DNA of 64,000 nt from a virus. Taxonomy: Duplodnaviria; Heunggongvirae; Uroviricota; Caudoviricetes. The notes beneath the pieces were generated by a model. That model saw nothing but the letters and a program-made list of their open reading frames with translations, made no database searches and was not told the DNA's origin. Position numbers and translations under genes: made by a program. The stretch lies in IMG/VR virus record IMGVR_UViG_3300024272_001997. The stretch is one strand, 5' to 3'. Positions 1 to 7,015 of the stretch are shown in pieces. Each line of letters begins with the position of its first letter. The first letter of the stretch is position 1.

Positions 1-143
1 CAAAGGATAATGCACAGGATCATAACATCCCAAGCACATTCCAACAGAGCAATGAAAATGCCTATGCCGCAAACGCAGGCTATTACAATGCTTAGAATGA
101 AGATGAAATTGAGAATCAGACGGGCAAAGAATTCTTTCATTAG
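1..143 (-). CDS. membrane protein, partial (start at 143, runs off window edge)
   Basis: ATG at 141-143 on minus strand; translation MKEFFARLILNFIFILSIVIACVCGIGIFIALLE... is hydrophobic; no stop before position 1. Confidence 0.4.
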
Positions 144-188
144 TTGATTTTCCTTTCTTATTTTTGTATAATTTATTTAGAAAAGAAA

Positions 189-560
189 TCAATCGCAGAA
201 GCAATCTGCGTCGTCATCATCATATATGCCATCTTCATCTTCTTCATCAAGGAGGACACCATCATGAACGGGAATTACCTTATAAGTAATCCAACCTTCG
301 ACTTCTTCAGTCATGCGATCATCAACATCCTCGGGATCAACCTGTTCGATGTCGCCATCATACAGTTCATCAGCAATTTCCTGGCGCATGGAATCCCAGG
401 TATAAAGGCCATGATAGCCGCCATAGGATTCATACTCTTCCATTGCCAGTTCACGAGCATACTGCTCAGCGTCAGCATGATCAATGAACTCATCGGTGCA
501 ATGATAGTGAGCACCGCCAAAACCACCGGACAAACCGGCATAAATCTTAAACTTGGGCAT
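189..560 (-). CDS. acidic hypothetical protein (123 aa)
   Basis: Track ORF; GGAGAGG RBS upstream of ATG; Asp/Glu-rich C-terminus; tightly packed with neighbours. Confidence 0.6.
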   Translation of the reverse strand: MPKFKIYAGLSGGFGGAHYHCTDEFIDHADAEQYARELAMEEYESYGGYHGLYTWDSMRQEIADELYDGDIEQVDPEDVDDRMTEEVEGWITYKVIPVHDGVLLDEEDEDGIYDDDDADCFCD

Positions 561-921
561 ATCTTACATCCTCTCCGACTACAGGGCAGTCACGCCGCAC
601 ACATTCCACGACTACCTTAGGCCATGTGTCTAATTCAGAACCGTCTTCAAATGCGATGGTCCAAACGGGACATTCACCGCACCACTGGCAAGGGCGCACA
701 GTGCGGGCGGCAATGCGCTCGATAGTATGGACCGCCGCATAATTACCAGCAAAACCAATGCCAGCCATCGCCGCAGTTAGTTCGCTCTTGGGCTTATCGT
801 TGAACGCTTTTTTCCATTCTTCAGAGCCGATGCATTTGATCATCTGCTCCATGAACTCATCTCGATAAACGAGAACCTTATCCTTCTCCATAGAAGTTAT
901 CTCCATGCAGAGTGAAGTCAA
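547..921 (-). CDS. hypothetical protein (start uncertain, alternative Met at 906 or 891)
   Basis: Track ORF overlapping both neighbours; CxxC pair near C-terminus. Confidence 0.5.
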   Translation of the reverse strand: MTSLCMEITSMEKDKVLVYRDEFMEQMIKCIGSEEWKKAFNDKPKSELTAAMAGIGFAGNYAAVHTIERIAARTVRPCQWCGECPVWTIAFEDGSELDTWPKVVVECVRRDCPVVGEDVRYAQV

Positions 922-1309
922 TGGTATTCAGCTTGGCAATATCCTCCGCAGGATAGAACCAACCATTCCACTTGCTTTCGGAGGCCGCAATCACTTTTTC
1001 GTAGGCTTCGTTATAAGTATTGACCTTGTCGTAATAGTCGTATCGCACATATTCATTATCAGAATATACAACGGTATTGTAATACAGCATCAGGTCGTCA
1101 TAACGAACAGTCAGATAATTCAGGTCGCTCTTGGCCGCGGCGTTCAGGGCGATGCAGAAGATAGCAAAGATGATTGCGACAACCAATGCACCACTGACGA
1201 TACCCTTAGCGAGCTTAGTGGGATGAAGCCAAATAGAGATGGCTGCGACAGTCATTACTACGATTGCGCCCAGTAGAATAAAAAAAGGAATCATATTCAA
1301 TCTCTCCAA
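878..1309 (-). CDS. membrane protein (143 aa, 2-3 TM helices)
   Basis: Track ORF; hydrophobic stretches IPFFILLGAIVVMTVAAISIWL and GALVVAIIFAIFCIALNAA. Confidence 0.6.
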   Translation of the reverse strand: MERLNMIPFFILLGAIVVMTVAAISIWLHPTKLAKGIVSGALVVAIIFAIFCIALNAAAKSDLNYLTVRYDDLMLYYNTVVYSDNEYVRYDYYDKVNTYNEAYEKVIAASESKWNGWFYPAEDIAKLNTIDFTLHGDNFYGEG

Positions 1310-1770
1310 TTCGTTTTTTGATTTTTACAACCGCAACCTTCTTGTTTGCGGCAGAATGTATTTGTATCCAGACCATCTTCATTGAAGCACTCGCACTTGG
1401 CGCAGGTTGCCATGACTCGCTTCGGATTCATGATCTGTGTCTGCATAATCATATTGCCTTGTCGCACTTCATGCATGATGAATGGTGGCTCTTGGCAGGT
1501 ATGATCGGTCTGGAAGTAGCAAACATTTGCGCGGGTGCAGGTTTCGCATGGGGTTGCGCTGAGACAGTTGCGGCAAATGATATGAGTATTGCCATCTTGA
1601 TCGTAATCAATGATTGGCTGGCTCATGATGATGTTGCCGCAAAGAGCGCATTTAGTTATCGTGGTTGAGAAGATGGGGCATCCCGGTGTTTCGACCGGCA
1701 TTTCTCGTCCAAAGACAGGACACTTCCCGTCTTGAAGCGCCTTATAGGCGCACTCGCCGCAAATTTTCAT
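1297..1770 (-). CDS. cysteine-rich (about 24 Cys) putative zinc-binding protein
   Basis: Track ORF 157 aa with many CxxC pairs (CGEC, CALCGN, CRNC, CETC, CAKCEC, CGCK). Confidence 0.65.
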   Translation of the reverse strand: MKICGECAYKALQDGKCPVFGREMPVETPGCPIFSTTITKCALCGNIIMSQPIIDYDQDGNTHIICRNCLSATPCETCTRANVCYFQTDHTCQEPPFIMHEVRQGNMIMQTQIMNPKRVMATCAKCECFNEDGLDTNTFCRKQEGCGCKNQKTNWRD

Positions 1771-1988
1771 GCTGTCAACATCTCCTTGAAAAATTCCATC
1801 TTATCATCGGGGATCTCAAAGTAGGAATCGAATGCTTGAATATCAATGCGCACTGACCCGGGAAATTCATCTTCAATTTCATGGCAGGCTTCAGCAATAG
1901 AATTTGCAAAAGTGAAGCCATTATAGTGTTTTATAACATCTGTCTCGTAGAAATATACTGTATAGAGAATCGCGTATGCCTTGCCCAT
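1767..1988 (-). CDS. hypothetical protein (73 aa)
   Basis: Track ORF, 4-nt overlap with downstream gene (coupled). Confidence 0.5.
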   Translation of the reverse strand: MGKAYAILYTVYFYETDVIKHYNGFTFANSIAEACHEIEDEFPGSVRIDIQAFDSYFEIPDDKMEFFKEMLTA

Positions 1989-2191
1989 TACTTTACACCA
2001 TTCTTTCTGATAGACTCTTCCATCAAATCCATCAAGCGATTGAAATAAATGGAAGCCATAGTTTCATCGTCAGCCTGATACTTGTTGGTGCTGTCGTCCA
2101 GCCAGGTGATAACGATCTTGTCGCCATCAAGACCAATGTCTTTGATGTTTTTGACATTGATACCCCAGTTCTTATTTACTCTTGCAATCAT
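1988..2191 (-). CDS. hypothetical protein (67 aa)
   Basis: Track ORF; GGAGG RBS (plus-strand 2197-2203 CCTCC). Confidence 0.5.
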   Translation of the reverse strand: MIARVNKNWGINVKNIKDIGLDGDKIVITWLDDSTNKYQADDETMASIYFNRLMDLMEESIRKNGVK

Positions 2192-2194
2192 TGG

Positions 2195-2629
2195 TTATAC
2201 CTCCTTCCGGCATACTCCGTAGATGTCTACGGGTTCGTTGTCATAGTCGCAGAGGAAACAATTCAGAATCTCATCGTAGAAACAATGAGCACAGAGTTCA
2301 CAACTGCGCTGGTCGTCGGGGATTTTGAGGATACAATCCCGACGAATAATCTTGGCGAGAGCAGGATCTTGCTTCTTTACATCACTCCAACGCTCCCAGT
2401 GATACTCGGGGTTGTCGGTGATGTCGCCGGTAATATCGTAAATGCGGCCTTCGATTTCAGTTGCGAAGTGATTGGCCACCTGGTCATACATGATGGGGCA
2501 GTGGAGCGATCCGAAGCGATGCCGCAGAATAACTGTGAAGTGAAAGCACATTCCATTGGAAAATGCATTTTCTGCGCCCAAGTCTCGGAACTGCTTGATG
2601 AAATCGAGGATCAGTTCTTGTTTAGTCAT
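2195..2629 (-). CDS. hypothetical protein (144 aa, Cys/His-rich)
   Basis: Track ORF; GGAGGTAATCGTT-ATG RBS. Confidence 0.6.
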   Translation of the reverse strand: MTKQELILDFIKQFRDLGAENAFSNGMCFHFTVILRHRFGSLHCPIMYDQVANHFATEIEGRIYDITGDITDNPEYHWERWSDVKKQDPALAKIIRRDCILKIPDDQRSCELCAHCFYDEILNCFLCDYDNEPVDIYGVCRKEV

Positions 2630-2634
2630 AACGA

Positions 2635-2886
2635 TTACCTCCGCTGAATACCGGTTTTGAGGATGGGTAAAGAAGGAGAACGATGGAGAACCCAGTATGC
2701 TTCATCCAGTTTCCCTTGGTTTTCCTTAGCAGTGCCGGTGATAGGATAAGTAATGCTCTGGCCTTTGTATTCGATACTGACGACGGCATACTCGGGATTG
2801 ATAGCTTCACAGATTTCAATGGATTCAATGAAGTCCATGTTGAAATCCCGTCCCGCAATACGAATGAAATTACGATAACGATTCAT
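2635..2886 (-). CDS. hypothetical protein (83 aa)
   Basis: Track ORF; C-terminus overlaps RBS of the next gene. Confidence 0.45.
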   Translation of the reverse strand: MNRYRNFIRIAGRDFNMDFIESIEICEAINPEYAVVSIEYKGQSITYPITGTAKENQGKLDEAYWVLHRSPSLPILKTGIQRR

Positions 2887-2887
2887 A

Positions 2888-3157
2888 TTAGAAACCTCCT
2901 GCGAAATTCAAACAGATGTGATGAAGGTGACGATTTTCGATCCAAGCGAAAGATACGGATGCGCCGGAATTATCGGGGTAGGGATCAACGATCTCATTCC
3001 ACTGGAAGAGAGGATCTTCATATTCCAAATTTTCAAAGTATTCTTCAACGACATGAAGGGCGTCTTTGGTATATTCTTTGGAAGACACAAGATGGTCTAC
3101 CTGCTCGCAGATGTTATATACTTCATCTTCAATAACAGACGGGGTGAAGCCTACCAT
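2888..3157 (-). CDS. hypothetical protein (89 aa), first gene of leftward operon
   Basis: Track ORF; GGAGGTAAAAGAATT-ATG RBS at 3166-3176. Confidence 0.6.
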   Translation of the reverse strand: MVGFTPSVIEDEVYNICEQVDHLVSSKEYTKDALHVVEEYFENLEYEDPLFQWNEIVDPYPDNSGASVSFAWIENRHLHHICLNFAGGF

Positions 3158-3188
3158 AATTCTTTTACCTCCTGGCGTATTATTCAGT

Positions 3189-3201
3189 CTTACTCAGTAA
3201 G
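3189..3201. promoter_or_regulatory. perfect 13-bp palindrome CTTACTCAGTAAG in 5' UTR of leftward operon (operator candidate)
   Basis: Self-complementary sequence read directly; loop too small for an RNA hairpin, so protein-binding site is more likely. Confidence 0.4.
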
Positions 3202-3293
3202 ATTTTGTATTACGCTCGGTACACGGAATTTTACTTTTCTGACGGAGCGCATTACCTTTTCTTTTACTATCTTTTCCTTTACTTTACATATAT

Positions 3294-3322
3294 ATTATAT
3301 CATAAAATTTTTACAAAATCAA
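3294..3322 (-). promoter_or_regulatory. sigma70-type promoter (class 2: TTGATT-17-TATAAT with T-rich spacer) for leftward operon
   Basis: Reverse complement reads TTGATTttgtaaaaattttatgaTATAAT. Confidence 0.5.
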
Positions 3323-3350
3323 TTAAGATACAATTAATTAGAATATAAAT

Positions 3351-3390
3351 GTAATACGTTGTAATACAGTGTAGGACAACGTAATACAAT
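3351..3390 (+). promoter_or_regulatory. three direct GTAATAC repeats (plus inverted copy at 3207-3213) overlapping putative rightward promoter TTGTAA-17-TAATAC; operator candidate
   Basis: TGTAATACGtTGTAATACAgtgtaggacaACGTAATACA; outer copies form an imperfect inverted repeat. Confidence 0.45.
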
Positions 3391-3431
3391 TTTTCTTTCC
3401 TAATTTTCAATAATCATACGGAGGTGATTAT

Positions 3432-3569
3432 ATGACCGTTATTACTGTAAGACTTGATGATATTGAAAAGCAATTATTACAGCAATATGCAGAAGATGAA
3501 GATCTATCTGTGTCATAGATTATAAGACGTCTAATAAAAGAATTTTTAGACGAGAAAGTTAGAAACTAA
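3432..3569 (+). CDS. ribbon-helix-helix (CopG/Arc/MetJ-like) DNA-binding protein, 45 aa, with in-frame TAG at 3516-3518
   Basis: GGAGGTG RBS 7 nt upstream; MTVITVRLDDIEKQLLQQYAEDEDLSVS[TAG]IIRRLIKEFLDEKVRN matches beta-strand/helix1/helix2 of the RHH fold; TAG falls where RHH proteins have E/Q (xSxS-E/Q-xIRxxI). Confidence 0.6.
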
Positions 3570-3584
3570 AAAGGAGCTTGTGAA

Positions 3585-3764
3585 ATGCCAAATTCAAAAG
3601 TAAAAATTGTATACTCTTTAAGAATCCATATTGGTTTACAACAATTAGGATTTTCTTATATAACAGAAATGAAGAATCCCAAGAATCCGCATCTGAATTG
3701 TTGGGTGTATCAAGAGACTCCCGCACTTCTGAAAGCGTTTGACTCCTTGGTAAAGGAGGGGTAA
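3585..3764 (+). CDS. hypothetical protein (59 aa)
   Basis: AAGGAG RBS 8 nt upstream of ATG; codon walk gives 60 codons ending TAA at 3762-3764; below the ORF-track length cut-off. Confidence 0.5.
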   Translation: MPNSKVKIVYSLRIHIGLQQLGFSYITEMKNPKNPHLNCWVYQETPALLKAFDSLVKEG

Positions 3765-4153
3765 TGATGAGCGCTATTGAAACATTTGTGGTTCACAAAG
3801 AATGGTTAGATAGTATTGCTGGATTACCCTGTGAGACTCAGGATAGAATCATTGCGGAGTTCGTTCGATATGGCTGTGGACTGGACCCTGCGCACCCTGA
3901 GGACGCAATCGCGCAGTCTTTTGTGAATATTTTGAAAAATAGAATTGATTATAGTAAGGATCAATATGCAAAGAAAGTTGCAATGGGAAAAACTGCTGGG
4001 GCTAAGAAGAAAATTGATGACAGACAAATTTATGAGTTGGCGCAAGAAGGAAAAACTGCAACTGAAATTGCAACAATTTTGAATATATCTAAATCTTCTG
4101 TTGACCACAGTGATGGTTGGAGAAAGAGAAGAGAAAACGAATTTGTATTTTGA
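3764..4153 (+). CDS. helix-turn-helix DNA-binding protein (129 aa)
   Basis: Track ORF; AAAGGAGGGG RBS; C-terminal segment IYELAQEGKTATEIATILNISKSSV resembles sigma region 4 / LuxR-type HTH. Confidence 0.65.
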   Translation: MMSAIETFVVHKEWLDSIAGLPCETQDRIIAEFVRYGCGLDPAHPEDAIAQSFVNILKNRIDYSKDQYAKKVAMGKTAGAKKKIDDRQIYELAQEGKTATEIATILNISKSSVDHSDGWRKRRENEFVF

Positions 4154-4154
4154 T

Positions 4155-4313
4155 TTGCAAAATTTGTTGCAAAGTTGCAAAAATTGTAACAATATATTCG
4201 TGCAAAGTTTGCATTTTGCATTGCATTGTACAAATCTAACTTATAACTTACAAATGCAACAATTTTGCAAATTGAATTGCAATTTTGCAACTTAATTTTT
4301 GCAATAAATTGCA
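4155..4313. repeat. array of at least 9 perfect and about 6 variant TTGCAA palindromic hexamers at roughly 9-12 bp spacing (iteron array)
   Basis: Perfect copies start near 4155, 4167, 4175, 4265, 4276, 4285, 4297, 4308; variants TTGTAA, TTGCAT, ATGCAA between; lies immediately after the HTH gene stop. Confidence 0.8.
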
Positions 4314-4322
4314 AAAATTTTA

Positions 4323-4344
4323 GGGGACCCCTCCGGGGATCCCC
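4323..4344. other. GC-rich hairpin GGGGACCCCtccGGGGATCCCC (9-bp GC stem, one bulge)
   Basis: Read from sequence; not followed by a U-tract on either strand. Confidence 0.4.
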
Positions 4345-4366
4345 ATCATAAAGGAGATAATGGAGA

Positions 4367-4594
4367 ATGATATATCAAAGACCGAAAGGTAATGTAAGAT
4401 TTGCTTATGGTAGATTTGATGATTTACCATATGGAGCCGAAGAAGTAAAGATATTTATGGTACCTGGGGATCCAGTATTATATGTAGTACCAATTGGAGA
4501 TATTCCATATGCGTATGAGAAAAATGAACCAGAAATTCCAATGTCAGATAGGCAGTGTGAGGAGTTATTGGATTATTTTAGAGAGTACGTATAA
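4367..4594 (+). CDS. hypothetical protein (75 aa)
   Basis: Track ORF; AAGGAG at 4351-4356. Confidence 0.55.
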   Translation: MIYQRPKGNVRFAYGRFDDLPYGAEEVKIFMVPGDPVLYVVPIGDIPYAYEKNEPEIPMSDRQCEELLDYFREYV

Positions 4595-4601
4595 TCTTTA
4601 T

Positions 4602-4630
4602 TTGATTTTATAAAAAAATATTGTTATAAT
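4602..4630 (+). promoter_or_regulatory. sigma70-type promoter TTGATT-17-TATAAT
   Basis: TTGATTttataaaaaaatattgtTATAAT; a second candidate (TTGGAT-16-TATAAT) lies at 4568-4595. Confidence 0.45.
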
Positions 4631-4665
4631 TATTATAGTATAAAAGAAAAGGTGGAAAAGGTTAT

Positions 4666-4830
4666 ATGATGCTTGTAGATGAAGGTTATCTTCATGACAA
4701 TACTATCGTGCGCATCGGGGAAGAGATGGGAATCTTTAGAAAACCCGATGAAAGCAAAGTAGAATATGTCATGAGGGTCATTCAAGAACTTCAATTCAAA
4801 AAGCCCTATGTAGGGGTATTCAAAAAATGA
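4666..4830 (+). CDS. hypothetical protein (54 aa)
   Basis: AAAAGGTGGAAAAGG RBS; 55 codons to TGA at 4828-4830; below ORF-track cut-off. Confidence 0.4.
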   Translation: MMLVDEGYLHDNTIVRIGEEMGIFRKPDESKVEYVMRVIQELQFKKPYVGVFKK

Positions 4831-4887
4831 ATTGAAAAAATGAAATGAAAACCGAGGAACAAAATAAAAAATGAAATGAAAATCCGA
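4822..4887 (+). repeat. three tandem copies of AAAAAATGAA(A/T)TGAAAA (start-stop mini-ORFs) in leader of 4905 gene
   Basis: Copies at about 4822, 4835, 4866; last two extend to ...AAAA(C/T)CCGA. Confidence 0.5.
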
Positions 4888-4904
4888 TTGAAAGGAAAAG
4901 TAAA

Positions 4905-5360
4905 ATGGTTTTTAGCTATAATAATTTAATGTCTGCCGCAAAGTCTGGTCAGAGACTTGGTAAGTGGAAGGATTTGCCGGTCTTTTCTTGTGATAGAATG
5001 GGACTGGCGCAAAAAGGCAATGGTGCTTATTATGTCGTCTATGATGATGACAATGCTTTCGTGAAGAAGAGCGGTTCTATGTGGTTCAGATTTGGTTATC
5101 TGGATAAGGAAGGCTCTGTTCATGAGGACACTAAGCGAGAATATTTCCCCATCCGCACAGAGAAGGACAAGGAAGTCTTCTATTATAATGAGAAGAAAGC
5201 TACAGTGGAGTTTGCGCCTGTACCGACCGTACATACTACTGCTTCTTCTGGAACTACGACTGCGGATGTGAAACTGGAGATTGACGTTGAGGGAACCTTG
5301 AAGAAGGCGAGGGAAATGACTATTGAAGATTTGCTCGCAGGATTCAACTACGGACTCTAA
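4905..5360 (+). CDS. hypothetical protein (151 aa)
   Basis: Track ORF, GAAAGGAAAAG RBS. Confidence 0.6.
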   Translation: MVFSYNNLMSAAKSGQRLGKWKDLPVFSCDRMGLAQKGNGAYYVVYDDDNAFVKKSGSMWFRFGYLDKEGSVHEDTKREYFPIRTEKDKEVFYYNEKKATVEFAPVPTVHTTASSGTTTADVKLEIDVEGTLKKAREMTIEDLLAGFNYGL

Positions 5361-5453
5361 GTGGACTCGCTTCTGGAATAAAGTATTTCCGATCGTTGAG
5401 TGGTTAGAAGATTTGGGGGAGCTTATTGTGCTCTTGGATGATATATTTGATTA

Positions 5454-5479
5454 AGGAGGACTTCGGTCCTCCTTTTTTT
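5454..5479 (+). terminator. rho-independent terminator
   Basis: AGGAGGActtcgGTCCTCCT followed by TTTTTTT. Confidence 0.7.
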
Positions 5480-5571
5480 GTTGCTTTTGGAAGAGAATTG
5501 TGAGATTGTTCTGGCCGATCGGCCCCTGGACTATCCGATCGCTTTTCCTCGTCACCGTTACCGTTGGGGCA

Positions 5572-5606
5572 TAAAAAAATCCACCCTCATTTTCAGAGGG
5601 TGGGTT
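5572..5606 (-). terminator. rho-independent terminator for gene 5693..6160
   Basis: Minus strand reads CCCACCCTctgaaaatGAGGGTGG followed by ATTTTTTT. Confidence 0.65.
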
Positions 5607-5692
5607 CTAAAATTATCTTAGCGTAGCTCTTCTCTTGGTAGTTGTAGCTTAGTCAGAAATCATCTTATGAGAATTTCTTCACAACGAGAATC

Positions 5693-6160
5693 TTACTTCA
5701 TAATTTGAGCCAAAAATTCCTTTAGAGCTTCATCATCGCTCTTGGCGTGAATGGTGGCGGAACGCTTCTTAGGATTTAGACCAACCAGCTTATCCTCGGG
5801 GATAGCATCGATTGCGGTCTTCAGTTCCTTCATTGCGCCCATCAGGGCGAAAGTCTGATCCAGGGCCTCAACCAGAGTGTCCAGGTCATCGTCAGTGATT
5901 TCCATCTCATCCATGGCGGTGTTGCCAGTCAGATCAGCGTAATCACGGAACAGGTCGACCATCTTCAGACCCAGATCCTTTTTCTTTGCGGCCAGCTCCA
6001 CCTTGGCGACACGCTCTGCCTCGGCCTTACGGGCGGCCTCCTGCTCAGCACAGAAGTCAGACATTGCGGCGTTCATGGCATCTGCCATGGCCTGACCAAT
6101 TGCATTGATATCCTGACCATTGCGCAACTGGTCCAGGAAATAGTTCTTATCATAAACCAT
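5693..6160 (-). CDS. hypothetical coiled-coil protein (155 aa)
   Basis: Track ORF trimmed to Met with GAGGT RBS (MVYDKNYF...); the upstream Met lies inside the promoter. Confidence 0.6.
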   Translation of the reverse strand: MVYDKNYFLDQLRNGQDINAIGQAMADAMNAAMSDFCAEQEAARKAEAERVAKVELAAKKKDLGLKMVDLFRDYADLTGNTAMDEMEITDDDLDTLVEALDQTFALMGAMKELKTAIDAIPEDKLVGLNPKKRSATIHAKSDDEALKEFLAQIMK

Positions 6161-6197
6161 TGGTATATACCTCACATTTCTTATTTATTGTACTTAT

Positions 6198-6226
6198 ATT
6201 ATATCAAAAAATTTTATAAAAATCAA
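6198..6226 (-). promoter_or_regulatory. sigma70-type promoter class 2 (TTGATT-17-TATAAT, spacer tttataaaattttttga)
   Basis: Read on reverse complement. Confidence 0.5.
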
Positions 6227-6242
6227 ATCCGATCGGCGCTTT

Positions 6243-6273
6243 CTGCGTTCTCCGAACGCAGATTGGATTTTTT
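6243..6273 (+). terminator. hairpin CTGCGTTCtccGAACGCAG followed by attggaTTTTTT; overlaps candidate plus promoter TTGGAT-18-TATAAT (6264-6293)
   Basis: Read from sequence. Confidence 0.35.
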
Positions 6274-6299
6274 ATAAAAAAAATGTTATAATAAAAAAA

Positions 6300-6500
6300 A
6301 AGAACATTTTTACCGATCGGGACTTTCAATTCAATGTTTCGCCATATGAGAATTCCCGATCGGCCCTCCGGGGTGGGGTGCTAGATTTCGGGAGAACGGG
6401 GCATATGCGGAAGTCGCTAGAAGTAGCAGAAAAATTCCATATGGGGTATACCGATCGGAAAATCGGGCCCTGACCTCCGTTCAGGGCCCGTTGAACCACA
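6300..6500. ncRNA. ORF-less GC-rich segment apparently transcribed from both strands (minus class-1 promoter at 6506-6534, plus promoter at 6264-6293); contains CCGATCGG motifs and a 9-bp GC hairpin at 6467-6490
   Basis: No plausible ORF (6326..6517 begins inside the -10 element); hairpin GGGCCCTGAcctccgTTCAGGGCCC; CATATGG repeated. Confidence 0.3.
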
Positions 6501-6505
6501 CCCTT

Positions 6506-6534
6506 ATTATACCACAAGTCGAGGTATTTGTCAA
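6506..6534 (-). promoter_or_regulatory. class-1 consensus promoter TTGACA-17-TATAAT with no ORF downstream
   Basis: Reverse complement GGGGTTGACAaatacctcgacttgtggTATAATAAGGG. Confidence 0.6.
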
Positions 6535-6551
6535 CCCCTAAATCAAAAAAA

Positions 6552-6573
6552 AATCGACTGATTTCTCAGTCGA
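6552..6573 (-). terminator. terminator hairpin overlapping stop of gene 6566..6736
   Basis: ATCGACTGAgaaaTCAGTCGAT followed by TTTTTTTTT on minus strand. Confidence 0.55.
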
Positions 6574-6736
6574 TTTCTAAACAGCCATCCCAATGGAAGT
6601 GCGCCGTCACATGGAGGCTTGCACCGCACTCGGGGCAGATTGTGTAGGAAGTGCCGGTGACAAAATCGCCGTTGTCTTCCAGATCGTCGAACTCGTCCAC
6701 ATCAAAGGACGCACCGCAGTAAGGACATTCACCCAT
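6566..6736 (-). CDS. zinc-ribbon protein (56 aa, CxxC...CxxC)
   Basis: GGAGGTATGAAAA RBS; MGECPYCGASFDVDEFDDLEDNGDFVTGTSYTICPECGASLHVTAHFHWDGCLEID; below track cut-off. Confidence 0.5.
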   Translation of the reverse strand: MGECPYCGASFDVDEFDDLEDNGDFVTGTSYTICPECGASLHVTAHFHWDGCLEID

Positions 6737-6749
6737 TTTTCATACCTCC

Positions 6750-6938
6750 TTAGCAATCATAGGTGTAGCAACCTTCGTAGGGGTCGAAGCCGAAGTCATC
6801 GTCAATGTCTTCGGGTTCGTAGTCATCGTCGTACTCACAGGGGGCGGGAGTGCCATCATCGGGATAGTGGCAACGGGGGTATTCTTCGTCCTCGTCCTTC
6901 CAGTAGTAACCGCAATTAGAATCAGCACAGGTAGCCAT
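6750..6938 (-). CDS. acidic Cys-containing protein (62 aa)
   Basis: Track ORF; GGAGGAAAAC RBS. Confidence 0.5.
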   Translation of the reverse strand: MATCADSNCGYYWKDEDEEYPRCHYPDDGTPAPCEYDDDYEPEDIDDDFGFDPYEGCYTYDC

Positions 6939-7015
6939 TTTGTTTTCCTCCTTGTTTGATTTTCTTTATTATACCATGTCGGGGGGCATTTGTCAAGCCC
7001 CCCGACAACTTTTTT

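Noticed and set aside
6326-6517. 63-aa minus-strand ORF
   Set aside because: Its start codon lies inside the -10 element of the 6506-6534 promoter, upstream of the predicted transcription start. Gly/Pro/Ser-rich nonsense translation.
5480-6560. Search for a suppressor tRNA(CUA); here and in other intergenic stretches (3160-3430, 4150-4366, 12215-12870, 19886-20186)
   Set aside because: No cloverleaf with a YU-CUA-R anticodon loop and GTTC-type T-arm could be assembled by eye. Candidate CTA-containing loops lacked pairing stems. The suppressor may lie outside the window; needs tRNAscan-SE.
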